DNA of 64,000 nt from Dongiaceae bacterium (GTDB lineage: Bacteria > Acidobacteriota > Terriglobia > Acidiferrales > UBA7541): NCBI GenBank assembly GCA_035542235.1, contig DATKLU010000005.1, positions 779 to 64,778 on the forward strand. The letters are read 5' to 3'. Under the pieces are notes generated by a model. That model had not been told where the DNA came from and did not search any database. It was given only the letters and a program-made list of their open reading frames with translations. Positions 26,110 through 38,200 of this stretch are shown in pieces; position 1 is the first letter of the stretch, and the number at the start of each line of letters is the position of its first letter. The position numbers and the translations under genes were made by a program.

Positions 26110-27411
26110 TTATTCCACCGCGTATATGTTGCCGTCGAGCGAACCGAAGACCACCGTGCTGCCGGAGATGGCTGGAGAAGAAAGCACGGCGCCGTTGGAG
26201 AACATTTTCTGGATGCCGACGATTATGTCGTCGTAGAAACTGTCGGCGAAGGCGGCGGCGTGGTTCGGTTTGCCGTCGGGAGTGGTGACTGCGGCGCCAT
26301 TTTTTCTCGCGGCGTCTGTCTCGAACATCCACGCGAGCTTTTGCGCGGGAAGATCGATCGCCAGCAGGCGCCCCTGATGTGAGCCCAGATACAAAGTGTT
26401 TCCCGCGATGGCCGGCGAAGAGAACATGGGCCAGCGGTTGAATGCGAGCGAGAACAGGTCCTGGCCGCTCTTCGCATCCACGGCGTGCAGCAGGCCGGTG
26501 TCGGAGGTGGCGAAGTAAACTCTGCCGTTGACGACAGCCGCCGAACCGATGACCCACGACCCGTTGTTTTTGTAAGTCCACAGGCTTTTGCCGGTTGCGG
26601 CGTCAAGCGCATAGAAATTGGAATCGCGACAGCCGAAATAAACGACGCCCTCCACGACTGCGGCCGACGCCTGCAGCCCGGTCTGGTTATAGATTTCGTG
26701 ATCTTCGCCCGTTTTGAATCGCCACTTCTCCGCGCCGGTGGCGGCGTCCAGTGCATAGAAGTAGGTGTCCCAGCTTCCCACGAAGACCGTGCCTCCCGCG
26801 ACGGCGGGTGATGCGTGCACCACGTCGCCGGTCTTGAATTTCCATTTCAGCGCACCCGAACCTGCTTCAAGCGCATAGACGCAACCGTCGCTGGAGCCGA
26901 AGTACACCACTCCTCCTGACACCGCCGGCGAAGAGAGGTAGAAGTCGAAAGGATCGGGGACGGGTTCGTTGGCCGGCTCGATGCCGTGCAGGTGCTTGGC
27001 GATGAACCGGTGCTCGCCACCGGTCTTGAACTTCCATTTTTCCGTGCCGCTGGCGGCGTCCACCGCGTAAAAATTCGAGTCGTAGCTCAGAAAAAACACG
27101 GTGCCATCGGACACGGCCGGGCTCGAGACGATGCGCCCGGCAGTTTTGAATTTCCATTTCTCGCCGCCGTTGGCGAGATCGAGTGCATGCAAAAAATGGT
27201 CGTTGCTGCCCACATACACCAGGCCATTGGCAATCGCCGGCGACGAAAAAACCTGACCGCCGGTATGGAACTGCCACTTCACCTTGTGGAAGGCGGGCGC
27301 GCCCGCGCCGCCATACACGCCCATGTGCGCGGGACCAGCGCGGAACGACGACTCCTGCGCCGAAGCAAGTGGGCACAGCAACAACGCAACAGCCAGAAGC
27401 GTACGGTGCAT
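26110..27411 (-). CDS. secreted PQQ-like (BamB-type) beta-propeller repeat protein
   Basis: Signal peptide MHRTLLAVALLLCPLASAQ and eight repeats of …SSPAVxxGxVYFGSxDxxxYALDAxTGxxKWxFKTG…. Confidence 0.85.
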   Translation of the reverse strand: MHRTLLAVALLLCPLASAQESSFRAGPAHMGVYGGAGAPAFHKVKWQFHTGGQVFSSPAIANGLVYVGSNDHFLHALDLANGGEKWKFKTAGRIVSSPAVSDGTVFFLSYDSNFYAVDAASGTEKWKFKTGGEHRFIAKHLHGIEPANEPVPDPFDFYLSSPAVSGGVVYFGSSDGCVYALEAGSGALKWKFKTGDVVHASPAVAGGTVFVGSWDTYFYALDAATGAEKWRFKTGEDHEIYNQTGLQASAAVVEGVVYFGCRDSNFYALDAATGKSLWTYKNNGSWVIGSAAVVNGRVYFATSDTGLLHAVDAKSGQDLFSLAFNRWPMFSSPAIAGNTLYLGSHQGRLLAIDLPAQKLAWMFETDAARKNGAAVTTPDGKPNHAAAFADSFYDDIIVGIQKMFSNGAVLSSPAISGSTVVFGSLDGNIYAVE

Positions 27412-27552
27412 GCATTTCTCCCTGGAGCGGCGAAAGCGCTCGCGATTCGCGCTGCAAGCCGTGGTCGAGTGGTCCGAAGTTACCGGGTTAGACGCGGCAC
27501 AAGGCGGAACGTTCCGCGCGCCAGCGCAAAGTCATGCGGCTTCAGGAGAAAT

Positions 27553-28605
27553 TTAGATCGAAAGTTCAGAACGGCCGCCATGCCGACGGAAGCGCGCGAT
27601 ACTCGCCGCGCCTGCGCCGGCTACGAGCAGCAGCAGGGTGCTGGGCTCCGGGGTCCCGACGGGCGGACCCGAAGGCGGCCCGGATGGCGGTCCCGACGGC
27701 GGTCCAGAGGGAGGCCCGCTTGGCGGTCCGGAAGGAGGCCCGGAATTGGGGATCACCGGTGGCACGCCGGGGAAAAAGATCGGGCCGAAGCCGCCGGGCG
27801 GCGGAGCCACGAATCCGGCTGTGGGGACGGAGGGTGGAGCGCCCGCGGAGTCGCCCGGTGGGATGAGAGCTTCGCTGCCTGGCAAAATGCTGGGTGTTTC
27901 AATACCGGGCAACACACTAGCGAGTAGAGGGAAGGACGTTTTCGGCGTGTCCAGAGTTTCTTGCGAGGGCTCGGACGCCGAAGTGGGCTTGGCGGCCACG
28001 GCGGAGAGCCGGTTGCCGCAGCGTACCCGCGCCAGGTTTTCGCCATCGCTCAAGAGCGTTTCGCCGGCAGGAATTTTCATCGTGTTTCTGGTCCAGTACA
28101 CGCGATTGTCCTTGCGGTAGGAGACGTACATCAGCACCGGACGTTCGAGTCGGATGGCGCGGGCTCGCTGCAGGCGGAAGCCGGAATAGTGCTCGGCCAC
28201 GACTGGATCGGAAGCCATCGCAGCCCGCAATTCCTGCCAATCGCGGACGCCCCCAGGGACAACGGAATAGGGAAAGACGGGACGGGATACGACAAGCTGC
28301 GGAGACGCGTCCATCGCGCTCTGCCAGTTTTCCGCGAGCGGCGCTGACAACTCCGCATCGTGCGCAGGCGCAAAGAAGAACGCCGCATAGGCCGAGAAAA
28401 ACATCGCGGCGCTGAGGATAGCGACGCTGCCCATGCGGGCCAGGCGTTGCGCAGGAAGATAGAGATTCAGCAGGATCCGGGCTGCGCCGCGCAGAATGCG
28501 AAGCCGCTCCAGGGAGGCTTCGGCACGAGTACGGATTTGCTTGGACCAGGAGAGAAGAGCGAGTTTTCCGCGCCGGATACCATCAACAAGGCGCAACACG
28601 TTCAT
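27553..28605 (-). CDS. PEP-CTERM sorting-signal protein with (GPPS)n linker
   Basis: The C-terminus …GTPEPSTLLLLVAGAGAASIARFRRHGG… gives PEP + TM + basic cluster. It is preceded by GPPS x6 + GPPV. The N-terminal start is ambiguous (ATG 28605 or ATG 28434, MGSVAILSAAMFFSAYAAFFFA). Confidence 0.75.
   Translation of the reverse strand: MNVLRLVDGIRRGKLALLSWSKQIRTRAEASLERLRILRGAARILLNLYLPAQRLARMGSVAILSAAMFFSAYAAFFFAPAHDAELSAPLAENWQSAMDASPQLVVSRPVFPYSVVPGGVRDWQELRAAMASDPVVAEHYSGFRLQRARAIRLERPVLMYVSYRKDNRVYWTRNTMKIPAGETLLSDGENLARVRCGNRLSAVAAKPTSASEPSQETLDTPKTSFPLLASVLPGIETPSILPGSEALIPPGDSAGAPPSVPTAGFVAPPPGGFGPIFFPGVPPVIPNSGPPSGPPSGPPSGPPSGPPSGPPSGPPVGTPEPSTLLLLVAGAGAASIARFRRHGGRSELSI
27658..27741 (-). 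repeat. 7 x 12-nt coding repeat encoding (GPPS)6-GPPV
   Basis: The reverse strand reads ggg cct cct tcc / gga ccg cca agc / ggg cct ccc tct / gga ccg ccg tcg / gga ccg cca tcc / ggg ccg cct tcg / ggt ccg ccc gtc. The peptide is identical across units but synonymous codons vary. Confidence 0.9.
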
Positions 28606-28752
28606 TGCTGAGGATTGTAGGAAGTTCCGCCTGGAATTGCGAGCACGTTCTTGCGGGGGAGAGAGGCGGCCGCGCGTGGGGAGGCGAATTTCCCTGGAAT
28701 CAGTTCCGTTCCGAAACAGAAATTAGAAACTTCTTAGTTTGCCGGGTACGCC

Positions 28753-29787
28753 CTAACGCGCTTCTACCTGCCAGGTATCGCCACCGCGCAGCAACTTTGC
28801 CAAATCGCCGGTGCCACGCTTGGCCTGGACCTCGGCAACCTGCTGATTAATGACGTCTTCATAGCGCGGAAGGTTGCCCCAGGAGCGCAGCACGCCGATG
28901 GGCGTCGGAAACCCTTCGCGAGTTTCCATGTGAGCGAGCTGAAAGGCGTAGTAAGGCCGCGGGTGATTTGCATCGTGAACGATCAGATCGGCTTCGCTCA
29001 CGCCGTTGCCGAGCTGCACGACTTCGATATCGCCGTCGGCCGCGCGGCGAATGCCTTTATCGCGGTTCTTGCCGAAAACCAGCGGTTTGCCGTGTTCGAG
29101 CTGAAGGACGCGTTCGCTGCGAGCATCCTTTTCGGTGATGGCCGTCCATGCGCCGTCGTTGAAGATGTTGCAGTTTTGCAGGATTTCGACGAAAGCCGAG
29201 CCTTTGTGGGCGGCGGCTTGCTTCAAGGTGTCTTTCAGGTGCGCCTGGAAGACGTCCACCGAGCGCGCCACGAAAGTGGCTTCAGCGCCGATGGCCAGGG
29301 AGATCGGATTGAACGGCCGGTCCAGCGAACCAAAGGGCGTGGACTTGGTCTTCTTGTTGACCTCGGATGTCGGCGAGTACTGCCCTTTGGTCAAGCCGTA
29401 GATGCGGTTGTTGAAGAGCAGGACTTTCAGCCCCACGTTGCGGCGCAGCATGTGAATGGTGTGATTGCCGCCGATGGAAAGAGCGTCGCCATCGCCGGTG
29501 GCGACCCAGACTTCCAGGTCGGGGCGGATGGTCTTGAGGCCGGTGGCTACGGCGGGCGCGCGGCCATGAATGGTGTGAAAGCCGAACGTATTCATGTAGT
29601 AGGGGAAGCGCGAAGAGCAGCCGATGCCGGAAACCACGACGAAATTCTCCCGCTTGATGCCCAGCTCCGGAAAGACCGACTGTACCGCGGAGAGAATGGC
29701 GTAATCACCGCAGCCCGGGCACCAGCGGACTTCCTGGTCGGTTTGAAAATCTTTCTTGGTCAGGACGGGCAAAGTTGCCGTTGTCAT
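28753..29787 (-). CDS. korB: 2-oxoglutarate (2-oxoacid):ferredoxin oxidoreductase, beta subunit
   Basis: …DQEVRWCPGCGDYAILSAVQ…VVSGIGCSSRFPYYMNTFGFHTIHGRAPAVATG…GDGDALSIGGNH… is the TPP-binding beta subunit signature. It lies directly downstream of korA. Confidence 0.9.
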   Translation of the reverse strand: MTTATLPVLTKKDFQTDQEVRWCPGCGDYAILSAVQSVFPELGIKRENFVVVSGIGCSSRFPYYMNTFGFHTIHGRAPAVATGLKTIRPDLEVWVATGDGDALSIGGNHTIHMLRRNVGLKVLLFNNRIYGLTKGQYSPTSEVNKKTKSTPFGSLDRPFNPISLAIGAEATFVARSVDVFQAHLKDTLKQAAAHKGSAFVEILQNCNIFNDGAWTAITEKDARSERVLQLEHGKPLVFGKNRDKGIRRAADGDIEVVQLGNGVSEADLIVHDANHPRPYYAFQLAHMETREGFPTPIGVLRSWGNLPRYEDVINQQVAEVQAKRGTGDLAKLLRGGDTWQVEAR

Positions 29788-29810
29788 GTACGTCTCCAGA
29801 ATCCTTTTCG

Positions 29811-31667
<1,857 letters not shown>

Positions 31668-31895
31668 GCTGTGGCGCAGCTCCCTCGAAAGACAAAAATT
31701 GTGAGCTTCCCAAGAACTCCCCCTGGGGAAGCAGGCCAGCTTTCGGCAGGCAGACCTGTCGGCAGCAAGCGGGCTCACGCGAGGCGCCCGGAAGCGAAAC
31801 GGGCTGATGTCTCGGGCGGTACAGCGAGCAGGTTGGAAGCTGAGGCGAACCGCCAGGAGCCTGGACAAAAATGATAGCACAGCAAAGCGCGAGAG

Positions 31896-32894
31896 TTAGG
31901 CGGAGTGCGCGGGCGTTTGCGGGAGCTGTGCGGCGGCGAAGTACGCGCGGCGGCAGACGAGCAAGGTGACGATGATCGCCAGCGGGAGCAGAAGGCCGAG
32001 GAGATTGAAGTAGCGCATGTAGGGCAAGAACTGACTGGCGATGCCGGCATCCGGCACGTGCATCTCCTGCATGGCCTGCTGCATGACCTCTGTGGTGCGC
32101 GGGCTGAAGGCGGCTGCGACGCCGTTTACGCACAGTAAGGCCTGGCTGGCGAGGCCGAGCCAATAACCCCACGGCCTGATCAGAAGCAGCCCCACACCTG
32201 CGGCCACCAACATCGCCAGGTCCAAAGCGAAAATGCCGAGGCCGGCAACGCCGTGAAACAGATGATTGAAAAAGAGTATGGGGAAACGATCCTTCACGAA
32301 CGGCAACACGGGCAACACAAAGACGAATGACGCGAGATACCAGCCCACAACACGGACCGGGAAGGGGCAGCGCGGATCGTTCAGCCACGAAGGTGCGGAG
32401 GAAGCGTGCGGCGGCGCGCTGCCGTGAAACTGCGCGACCACCGAACGCCGCGTGAAATAGATGAACCACCAGATGGAGACAACGATCGGTATCCCATACG
32501 TGACGCCGAGGACGCTCGCCAACATGGGCTTCGAAACCAGCGGGTCGGGCGGCTGCAGGTACACCACCGCGAAGATGACGATCAGGCCGACGATACCAAA
32601 GAGCAGGAGGCATCCCGCCACGAAGAGAATGGAGATGCGGGCCCAATTGCGCAGGCGGATGAGCTGCACGCCGATCAGCACCACGAAGAGCGAACACAAC
32701 ACAAAAAAGATGAAGATGCCGTAGATCAGCGGGCGCATCGCCGGGTTGAGCGGTGAAGGTGAGATGCGGTTCAAGGCGAACATCGCGAGGGCGAAGGCGT
32801 TGCTGAGCGTGCCAAAGATGCCGGCAAGGATGGCAACGGCGGCCGCGGCGATGATTCCTGGCGAAGCGGAGGGGCGAGCGGGGTCCGGGGACAT
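31896..32894 (-). CDS. hypothetical polytopic membrane protein (about 8 TM)
   Basis: Start set to ATG 32894 (MSPDPARPSASPGIIAAAAVAILAGIFG…); the track extension to 33101 would run into lexA. No recognised family. Confidence 0.6.
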   Translation of the reverse strand: MSPDPARPSASPGIIAAAAVAILAGIFGTLSNAFALAMFALNRISPSPLNPAMRPLIYGIFIFFVLCSLFVVLIGVQLIRLRNWARISILFVAGCLLLFGIVGLIVIFAVVYLQPPDPLVSKPMLASVLGVTYGIPIVVSIWWFIYFTRRSVVAQFHGSAPPHASSAPSWLNDPRCPFPVRVVGWYLASFVFVLPVLPFVKDRFPILFFNHLFHGVAGLGIFALDLAMLVAAGVGLLLIRPWGYWLGLASQALLCVNGVAAAFSPRTTEVMQQAMQEMHVPDAGIASQFLPYMRYFNLLGLLLPLAIIVTLLVCRRAYFAAAQLPQTPAHSA

Positions 32895-32951
32895 GGGAGG
32901 GTTATAGCAGCAAGAAAAAGACGGCGGAAGGAAATTGCGCGAGAAGAAGGC

Positions 32952-32981
32952 TTGACACTTCGCTTTCCCTTCGCCTAGACT
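32952..32981 (+). promoter_or_regulatory. candidate sigma70-type promoter for lexA (TTGACA-18-TAGACT)
   Basis: TTGACA at 32952-32957, an 18-nt spacer and TAGACT at 32976-32981, about 120 nt upstream of the lexA ATG. Confidence 0.4.
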
Positions 32982-33100
32982 CGCTGTGGAAAACGATGTG
33001 CGGCCTGGTAGCGAGCGAGGAGGCCGCCGTCTAGTAAAGCGGAACGTGATTCGAGTGGGCGACGAAGTCGCTGGTGGACGCGGTGCGCGAGGAGGAAGCA

Positions 33101-33724
33101 ATGGCCCTGACGAAACGACAAAAGGAAGTGCTGGATTACCTGGTTTCGTTCGAAACCAAGCACGGCTACGCGCCGAGCTTCGAAGAAATCGGCAAGGGCA
33201 TGAAGCTGACCTCGCTGGCGACGGTGCACAAGCACATCACCACGCTGGAGAAGAAAGGCTTCATTCGGCGCGGCTACAACCAGAGCCGGTCAATCGAAAT
33301 TCTGCAGCTGCCCAAGCCGGTGAAGGAACAGGTGATCGAACGCAAGGTGCAGGAATTGCCGCTGGTGGGACGGATCGCCGCGGGCCGGCCGCTCGAAGCG
33401 GTGGAAGAGCGGGAAACGATTTCGCTGGGCGACTTTGCGCGCGGCGGCGCTTCGTTTGTGCTGCAGGTGAAAGGCAGCTCGATGATCGAGGACCACATCA
33501 TGGACGGCGATTTTGTGGTGTGCGAGCAGACGCAGGTGGCCAACGCCGGGGATATCGTGGTGGCGCTGGTGCGCGGAGAAGAGGCCACATTGAAGCGTTT
33601 CTACCGCGAAGGCGCGGGCAAGATTCGCTTGCAGCCGGCGAACTCCGAAATGGGTCCGATCATCGAAGCCGCGAGCGATGTGCGCATCCAGGGCCGGGTG
33701 ATCGGCGTGCTGCGCAAATACTAA
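33101..33724 (+). CDS. lexA: LexA repressor (S24 autopeptidase)
   Basis: MALTKRQKEVLDYLVSFETKHGYAPSFEEIGKGMKLTSLATVHKHITTLEKKGFIRR. The cleavage region is …VGRIAAGRPLEA…, the catalytic Ser is in VKGSSMIED and the Lys in TLKRF. GAGGAGGA RBS upstream. Confidence 0.92.
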   Translation: MALTKRQKEVLDYLVSFETKHGYAPSFEEIGKGMKLTSLATVHKHITTLEKKGFIRRGYNQSRSIEILQLPKPVKEQVIERKVQELPLVGRIAAGRPLEAVEERETISLGDFARGGASFVLQVKGSSMIEDHIMDGDFVVCEQTQVANAGDIVVALVRGEEATLKRFYREGAGKIRLQPANSEMGPIIEAASDVRIQGRVIGVLRKY

Positions 33725-33855
33725 CCAACTTCAGCCTAAGGTCTTCTCCTCATCTCAGGATTCTCCGTTCACCGATACGATAGAGTGGCGAGGTGTGCCT
33801 GAATCCCGGTCCGGCACGTCTGTAAGATGGAGTCTCGGACGACCTGGAGGATGAT

Positions 33856-35160
33856 TTGCGGAGCTGCTGGCTGCGCCGCGCGCTGACGACAACTCTGGCG
33901 CTTTTCTGGCTGGCGCCGGTGTGGCCCGAGCGGGCGCAAGCGTATTCCGTGATGTCACATGAAGCGATCATTGACGCGGCGTGGGAAGCGGATATCAAAC
34001 CAGCGTTGCGCCAGCGCTTTCCGGAAGCGAGCGAGGACGAGCTGGATCGTTGCCAGGCGTATGCCTACGGCGGCGCCATCATCCAGGACCTCGGATACTA
34101 CCCGTACGGCAAACCATTTTTTAGCGATCTGACGCACTACGTACGCAGCGGCGACTTTGTGCTGGCGATGCTGCGCGACGCGCAGAATGTCTACGAGTAC
34201 GCCTTCGCGCTTGGGGCGCTCGCGCATTACGCCGCCGACAACAACGGCCACCGCCTCGGCACCAACCGCGCCGTGCCGATTCTCTATCCTGAATTGCACA
34301 AGAAATACGGCGACTCGGTTTCCTACGAGGACGACAAGCTGGCGCACGTAAAGACCGAGTTCGGCTTCGACGTGCTGGAAATCGCCAAAGAGCGGTACGC
34401 CCCGGAGAGCTATCACGACTTCATCGGCTTTGAGGTTGCGCCGCGGGTCTTGAACCAGGCCTTCCAAGAAACCTACGGACTGGACTTGAGCAAGGTGTTG
34501 ATTGACGAAGACCGCGCCCTGAATTCCTACCGGCACGCGGTCAGCAAGCTGCTCCCGAAGGCCACGCGCATCGCCTGGCACCTGAAGAAAGACGAGATCC
34601 AGACCGACCTGCCGGGCATGACCAAGCGCAAATTCCTGTTCAACCTGAAGCGGTCGGCGTACGAGAAAGAGTGGGGCAAGGACTACAACAAACCGAATTT
34701 CAGCGACAAAGTACTTGCTCTGCTCTACAGGCTGCTGCCAAAGTTTGGCCCGCTGAAGGTCCTGCAGTTCAAGACCCCGACGCCCGAGACCGAGCGCATG
34801 TTCGAGGCCAGTTTCAACGAAACTCTGGATCAATACCGGGCGCTCCTGAAGGAAGAACGCGCCACGCGCAAGCCCGCTTTGCGCAACGACAACTTCGACC
34901 TCGGGGAAGTCACCGCGCCGGGGAAGTACAAGTTGAGCGACACCACCCACGCCAAGCTGCTGGACGAACTGGCGAACGTGCGGTTCAGGGACACGCCGCC
35001 GGAGATTCGCCAGGAGTTGCTGACGTTCTTCAGCGACCCAGACACTCCTTTCAGCATGCGCAAAGACAAGAAGGGCTGGGCGAAGATCCAGACAGAGTTG
35101 CGCGAACTGAGAGCGGCCACGGTTGAGGATGGCCACCAGCCAGTCGCGGTTCGTCCCTAG
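33856..35160 (+). CDS. secreted zinc-dependent phospholipase C-like family protein (tentative)
   Basis: Signal peptide …ALFWLAPVWPERAQA/YS, with TTG start 4 nt after GGAGGA. His-rich N-terminal core (YSVMSHEAIIDAAW…, ALAHYAADNNGH…) is reminiscent of Zn-PLC/S1-P1-nuclease-like helical enzymes. Confidence 0.5.
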   Translation: MRSCWLRRALTTTLALFWLAPVWPERAQAYSVMSHEAIIDAAWEADIKPALRQRFPEASEDELDRCQAYAYGGAIIQDLGYYPYGKPFFSDLTHYVRSGDFVLAMLRDAQNVYEYAFALGALAHYAADNNGHRLGTNRAVPILYPELHKKYGDSVSYEDDKLAHVKTEFGFDVLEIAKERYAPESYHDFIGFEVAPRVLNQAFQETYGLDLSKVLIDEDRALNSYRHAVSKLLPKATRIAWHLKKDEIQTDLPGMTKRKFLFNLKRSAYEKEWGKDYNKPNFSDKVLALLYRLLPKFGPLKVLQFKTPTPETERMFEASFNETLDQYRALLKEERATRKPALRNDNFDLGEVTAPGKYKLSDTTHAKLLDELANVRFRDTPPEIRQELLTFFSDPDTPFSMRKDKKGWAKIQTELRELRAATVEDGHQPVAVRP

Positions 35161-35277
35161 CGCCGCGGGGCCAGCATTGCATCGAAACCGTGATTTTGTC
35201 CGATTGAAAAAACTGCTGTAGTCTCGCGCAACTGCCGTGAAAGAATGAACGGCTGCGCCGGGGGCGCGGGACCAGGC

Positions 35278-38200
35278 ATGTCCAAACAGAAGCCAATTCG
35301 CAAGCTGCTGGCGGCGAACCGCAGCGAGATTGCCATCCGCATTTTCCGCGCGGCCAACGAGCTCGACCTGCGCACCGTGGCCGTGTACTCCAAAGAGGAC
35401 CGGCTGGCGTTGCACCGCTTCAAGGCCGACGAAGCCTATCTGGTGGGCGCGGGCAAAGGCCCGGTCGAGGCGTATCTGGATATTGCGGGAATCGTGGGCG
35501 TCGCGAAGGCCAAAGGCGTGGACGCGATTCACCCCGGATACGGCTTTCTTTCGGAGAATCCGGCGCTGGCGCGGGCTTGCGCGAAAGCGGGCATCACCTT
35601 TGTCGGACCCACTCCGGAACTCCTGGAACTGTTGGGCGACAAGACCGCGGCGCGCGGCCTGGCGATCTCCGCGGGCGTGCCGGTCTTGCCTGGCACCGAA
35701 AAACCGGTGAAATCTCCCGCGGAGGCCAAGAAGATCGCGGCGGAGATTGGTTACCCGGTAATGGTGAAGGCCGCGATGGGCGGCGGCGGGCGCGGCATGC
35801 GTGTGGTGCGCGACGAATCGGAGCTGGAGTCGCGGCTGGAGGAAGCGCGGGGTGAGGCGCGTTCGGCCTTTGGCGACGCTTCGGTCTTTCTGGAAAAGTA
35901 CCTTGCTCGGGCGCGGCACCTGGAAGTGCAGATTCTGGCCGATACGCACGGCAACCTGCTGCATTTGTACGAGCGCGACTGCTCGGTGCAGCGCCGCCAT
36001 CAAAAAGTGGTGGAAGTGGCGCCCGCCGCGAACTTGCCGGCAAGCGTGCGCAACGAACTGTGCGACGCCGCAGCCCAACTGGCGCGCAAGGCCAAGTATC
36101 GCAATGCCGGCACGGTCGAGTTCCTGTACGACGTCGATTCGCAGAAGTGGTATTTCATCGAAGTGAATCCGCGAATTCAGGTGGAGCACACGGTCACCGA
36201 GATGGTGACCGGCATTGACCTGGTGCGCGCTCAGATTCTGGTGGCCCAGGGCCACTCGCTCCACGACGGCGTGATGCGGCTGCCGCGCCAGGAAAGCGTG
36301 CCTCTGTACGGTTCGGCCTTGCAGTGCCGCGTGACCACGGAAGATCCCGAGAAAAACTTTGCGCCCGATTACGGAAAGATTTCAACGTACCGCTCGCCGG
36401 CCGGCTTCGGCATTCGTCTCGATGGCGGCACGGCGTATGCGGGCGCCTCGCTGGCGCCGTACTACGATTCGCTTCTGGTGAAGGTGACGGCCTGGGGCAC
36501 CGATCTCCCCGAGGCCTGCCAGCGCATGGATCGCGCGCTGCGCGAGTTTCGCATCCGCGGCGTGAAAACGAATATTCCGTTCGTCGAGAACGTGGTGAAT
36601 CACCCCAGGTTTCGCAGCGGCGAAGTTACCACCGGTTTTCTGGAGAACTATCCCGAACTGTTCCGCTTCCCGAAGCGCGGCGATCGCGCCACCAAGCTGC
36701 TTACGTATCTGGGCGACGTGATCTTGAACGGCAATGCCGAGGTGAAGGGCAAGGCCGTGCCGGCGGTGCTCGAGCCGGCCGCGATTCCCGCGGCTTCCGG
36801 CGAAACTCCGAAGGCGGGCACGCGGCAATTGCTGAAAAAGCTCGGGCCCAGGAAATTCGCGGAGTGGGCGAAGAAAGAGAAGCGCCTGCTCATCACCGAT
36901 ACCACGTTTCGCGATGCGCACCAGTCCCTCATGGCCACGCGCGTCCGCACCTATGATCTGCTGGTCACGGCCCCTGCGGTGGCCGAGCGCCTGCACAACC
37001 TCTTCAGCCTGGAGATGTGGGGCGGGGCGACGTTCGACACCGCGTTGCGCTTTCTGCACGAGGACCCCTGGCAGCGCCTGCGGCAATTGCGCGCGGCGGT
37101 GCCGAATCTCTGTTTTCAGATGCTGCTGCGCGGAGCCAACGCGGTCGGCTATGCGTCGTACCCGGACAACGTGATTCGCGAGTTTGTGCGCGAAGCGCAC
37201 GCCGAGGGCATGGATATTTTTCGGGTGTTCGATTCGCTGAATTCGATCGACAACATGCGGGTTTCGCTGGACGCGGTGCTGGAAGCGGGCGGCGTGTGCG
37301 AGGCCGCAATCTGCTACACGGGCGACATTCTGGACAAGACCCGGCCCAAGTATTCGCTGAAATACTATGTCGGCCTGGCCAAGCAACTGGAGAAACTCGG
37401 GGCGCATTTTCTGTGCATCAAGGACATGGCCGGCCTGTGCAAGCCCTATGCCGCCTATGAGCTGGTGAAAAGGTTGAAGGAGGAGATCGATCTGCCGATC
37501 CATTTTCACACCCACGATTCGAGCGGCATCAATGCTTCATCGGTGCTGAAAGCGTGCGAAGCGGGCGTGGATATCGCCGATGGCGCGGTCGCGGCGATGA
37601 GTGGCGGCACCAGCCAGCCCAATCTGAACGCGATCGTCGCCGCGCTGCGCAACACGCCGCGCGACACCGGGCTCGATCTCGCCGCGCTGAACGATTGCTC
37701 GGACTACTGGGAAACGGTCCGCACCTACTATCTGCCGTTCGACTCCGGACCCAAGGCGGGCAACGCGCGGCTGTACGAACACGAAATTCCCGGCGGGCAG
37801 TACACCAACCTGCGCGAACAGGCCGTGGCCATGGGGCTCGGCCATCGCTGGCGCGAAGTGGAGCGCATGTACGCCGAAGTAAACCAGCTTTTCGGGGACA
37901 TCGTGAAGGTCACGCCCTCCAGCAAAGTCGTTGGCGACATGACGCTGTTCCTGATGGCCAAGGAGATGACCCCGGCCGATGTGCTGAAGCTCGACGACAC
38001 GCACGACGTCGCCTTCCCGAACTCGGTGGTGGAAATGTTCTCCGGCGTCCTGGGCGTTCCGCCCGACGGCTGGCCGAAGAAAGTGCAAAAGATCCTGCTG
38101 CGAGGAGCCTCGCCGCTGCAAGGCCGGCCCAGCGCCAGCATGCCCGCAGCCGATTTTGCCTCGGAAAAGGAAACGCTGGAGAAAAAGGCCGGTCACCCGG

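Noticed and set aside
26030-26581. 184-codon N-terminal extension of the MscS ORF; similar extensions at 31668-31880 (korA), 32895-33101 (membrane protein), 46566-46958, 51974-52090, 40691-40945 and 44981-45139
   Set aside because: The extensions overlap neighbouring genes or intergenic promoters and are Arg-rich. Internal ATGs with RBSs give N-termini matching the families (MEQVSLEIL…, MATTTDIPL…, MSPDPARP…, MSGQSY…, MAETIA…, MWGNAKK…, MQTRQLG…).
33042-33056. GAACgtgattcGAGT as an Alphaproteobacteria-type LexA box (GAAC-N7-GAAC) upstream of lexA
   Set aside because: Only the first half-site matches; the second matches 2 of 4 positions. I cannot call it an operator from sequence alone, so the absence is listed as an open question in the findings.
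33955-36264. 769-aa minus-strand ORF across the phospholipase-C-like gene and the 5' part of pyc
   Set aside because: It is antisense to two well-supported genes, one being pyruvate carboxylase, and spans their intergenic region. Its composition is Arg/Ala/Gly-rich, so it is a GC artefact.
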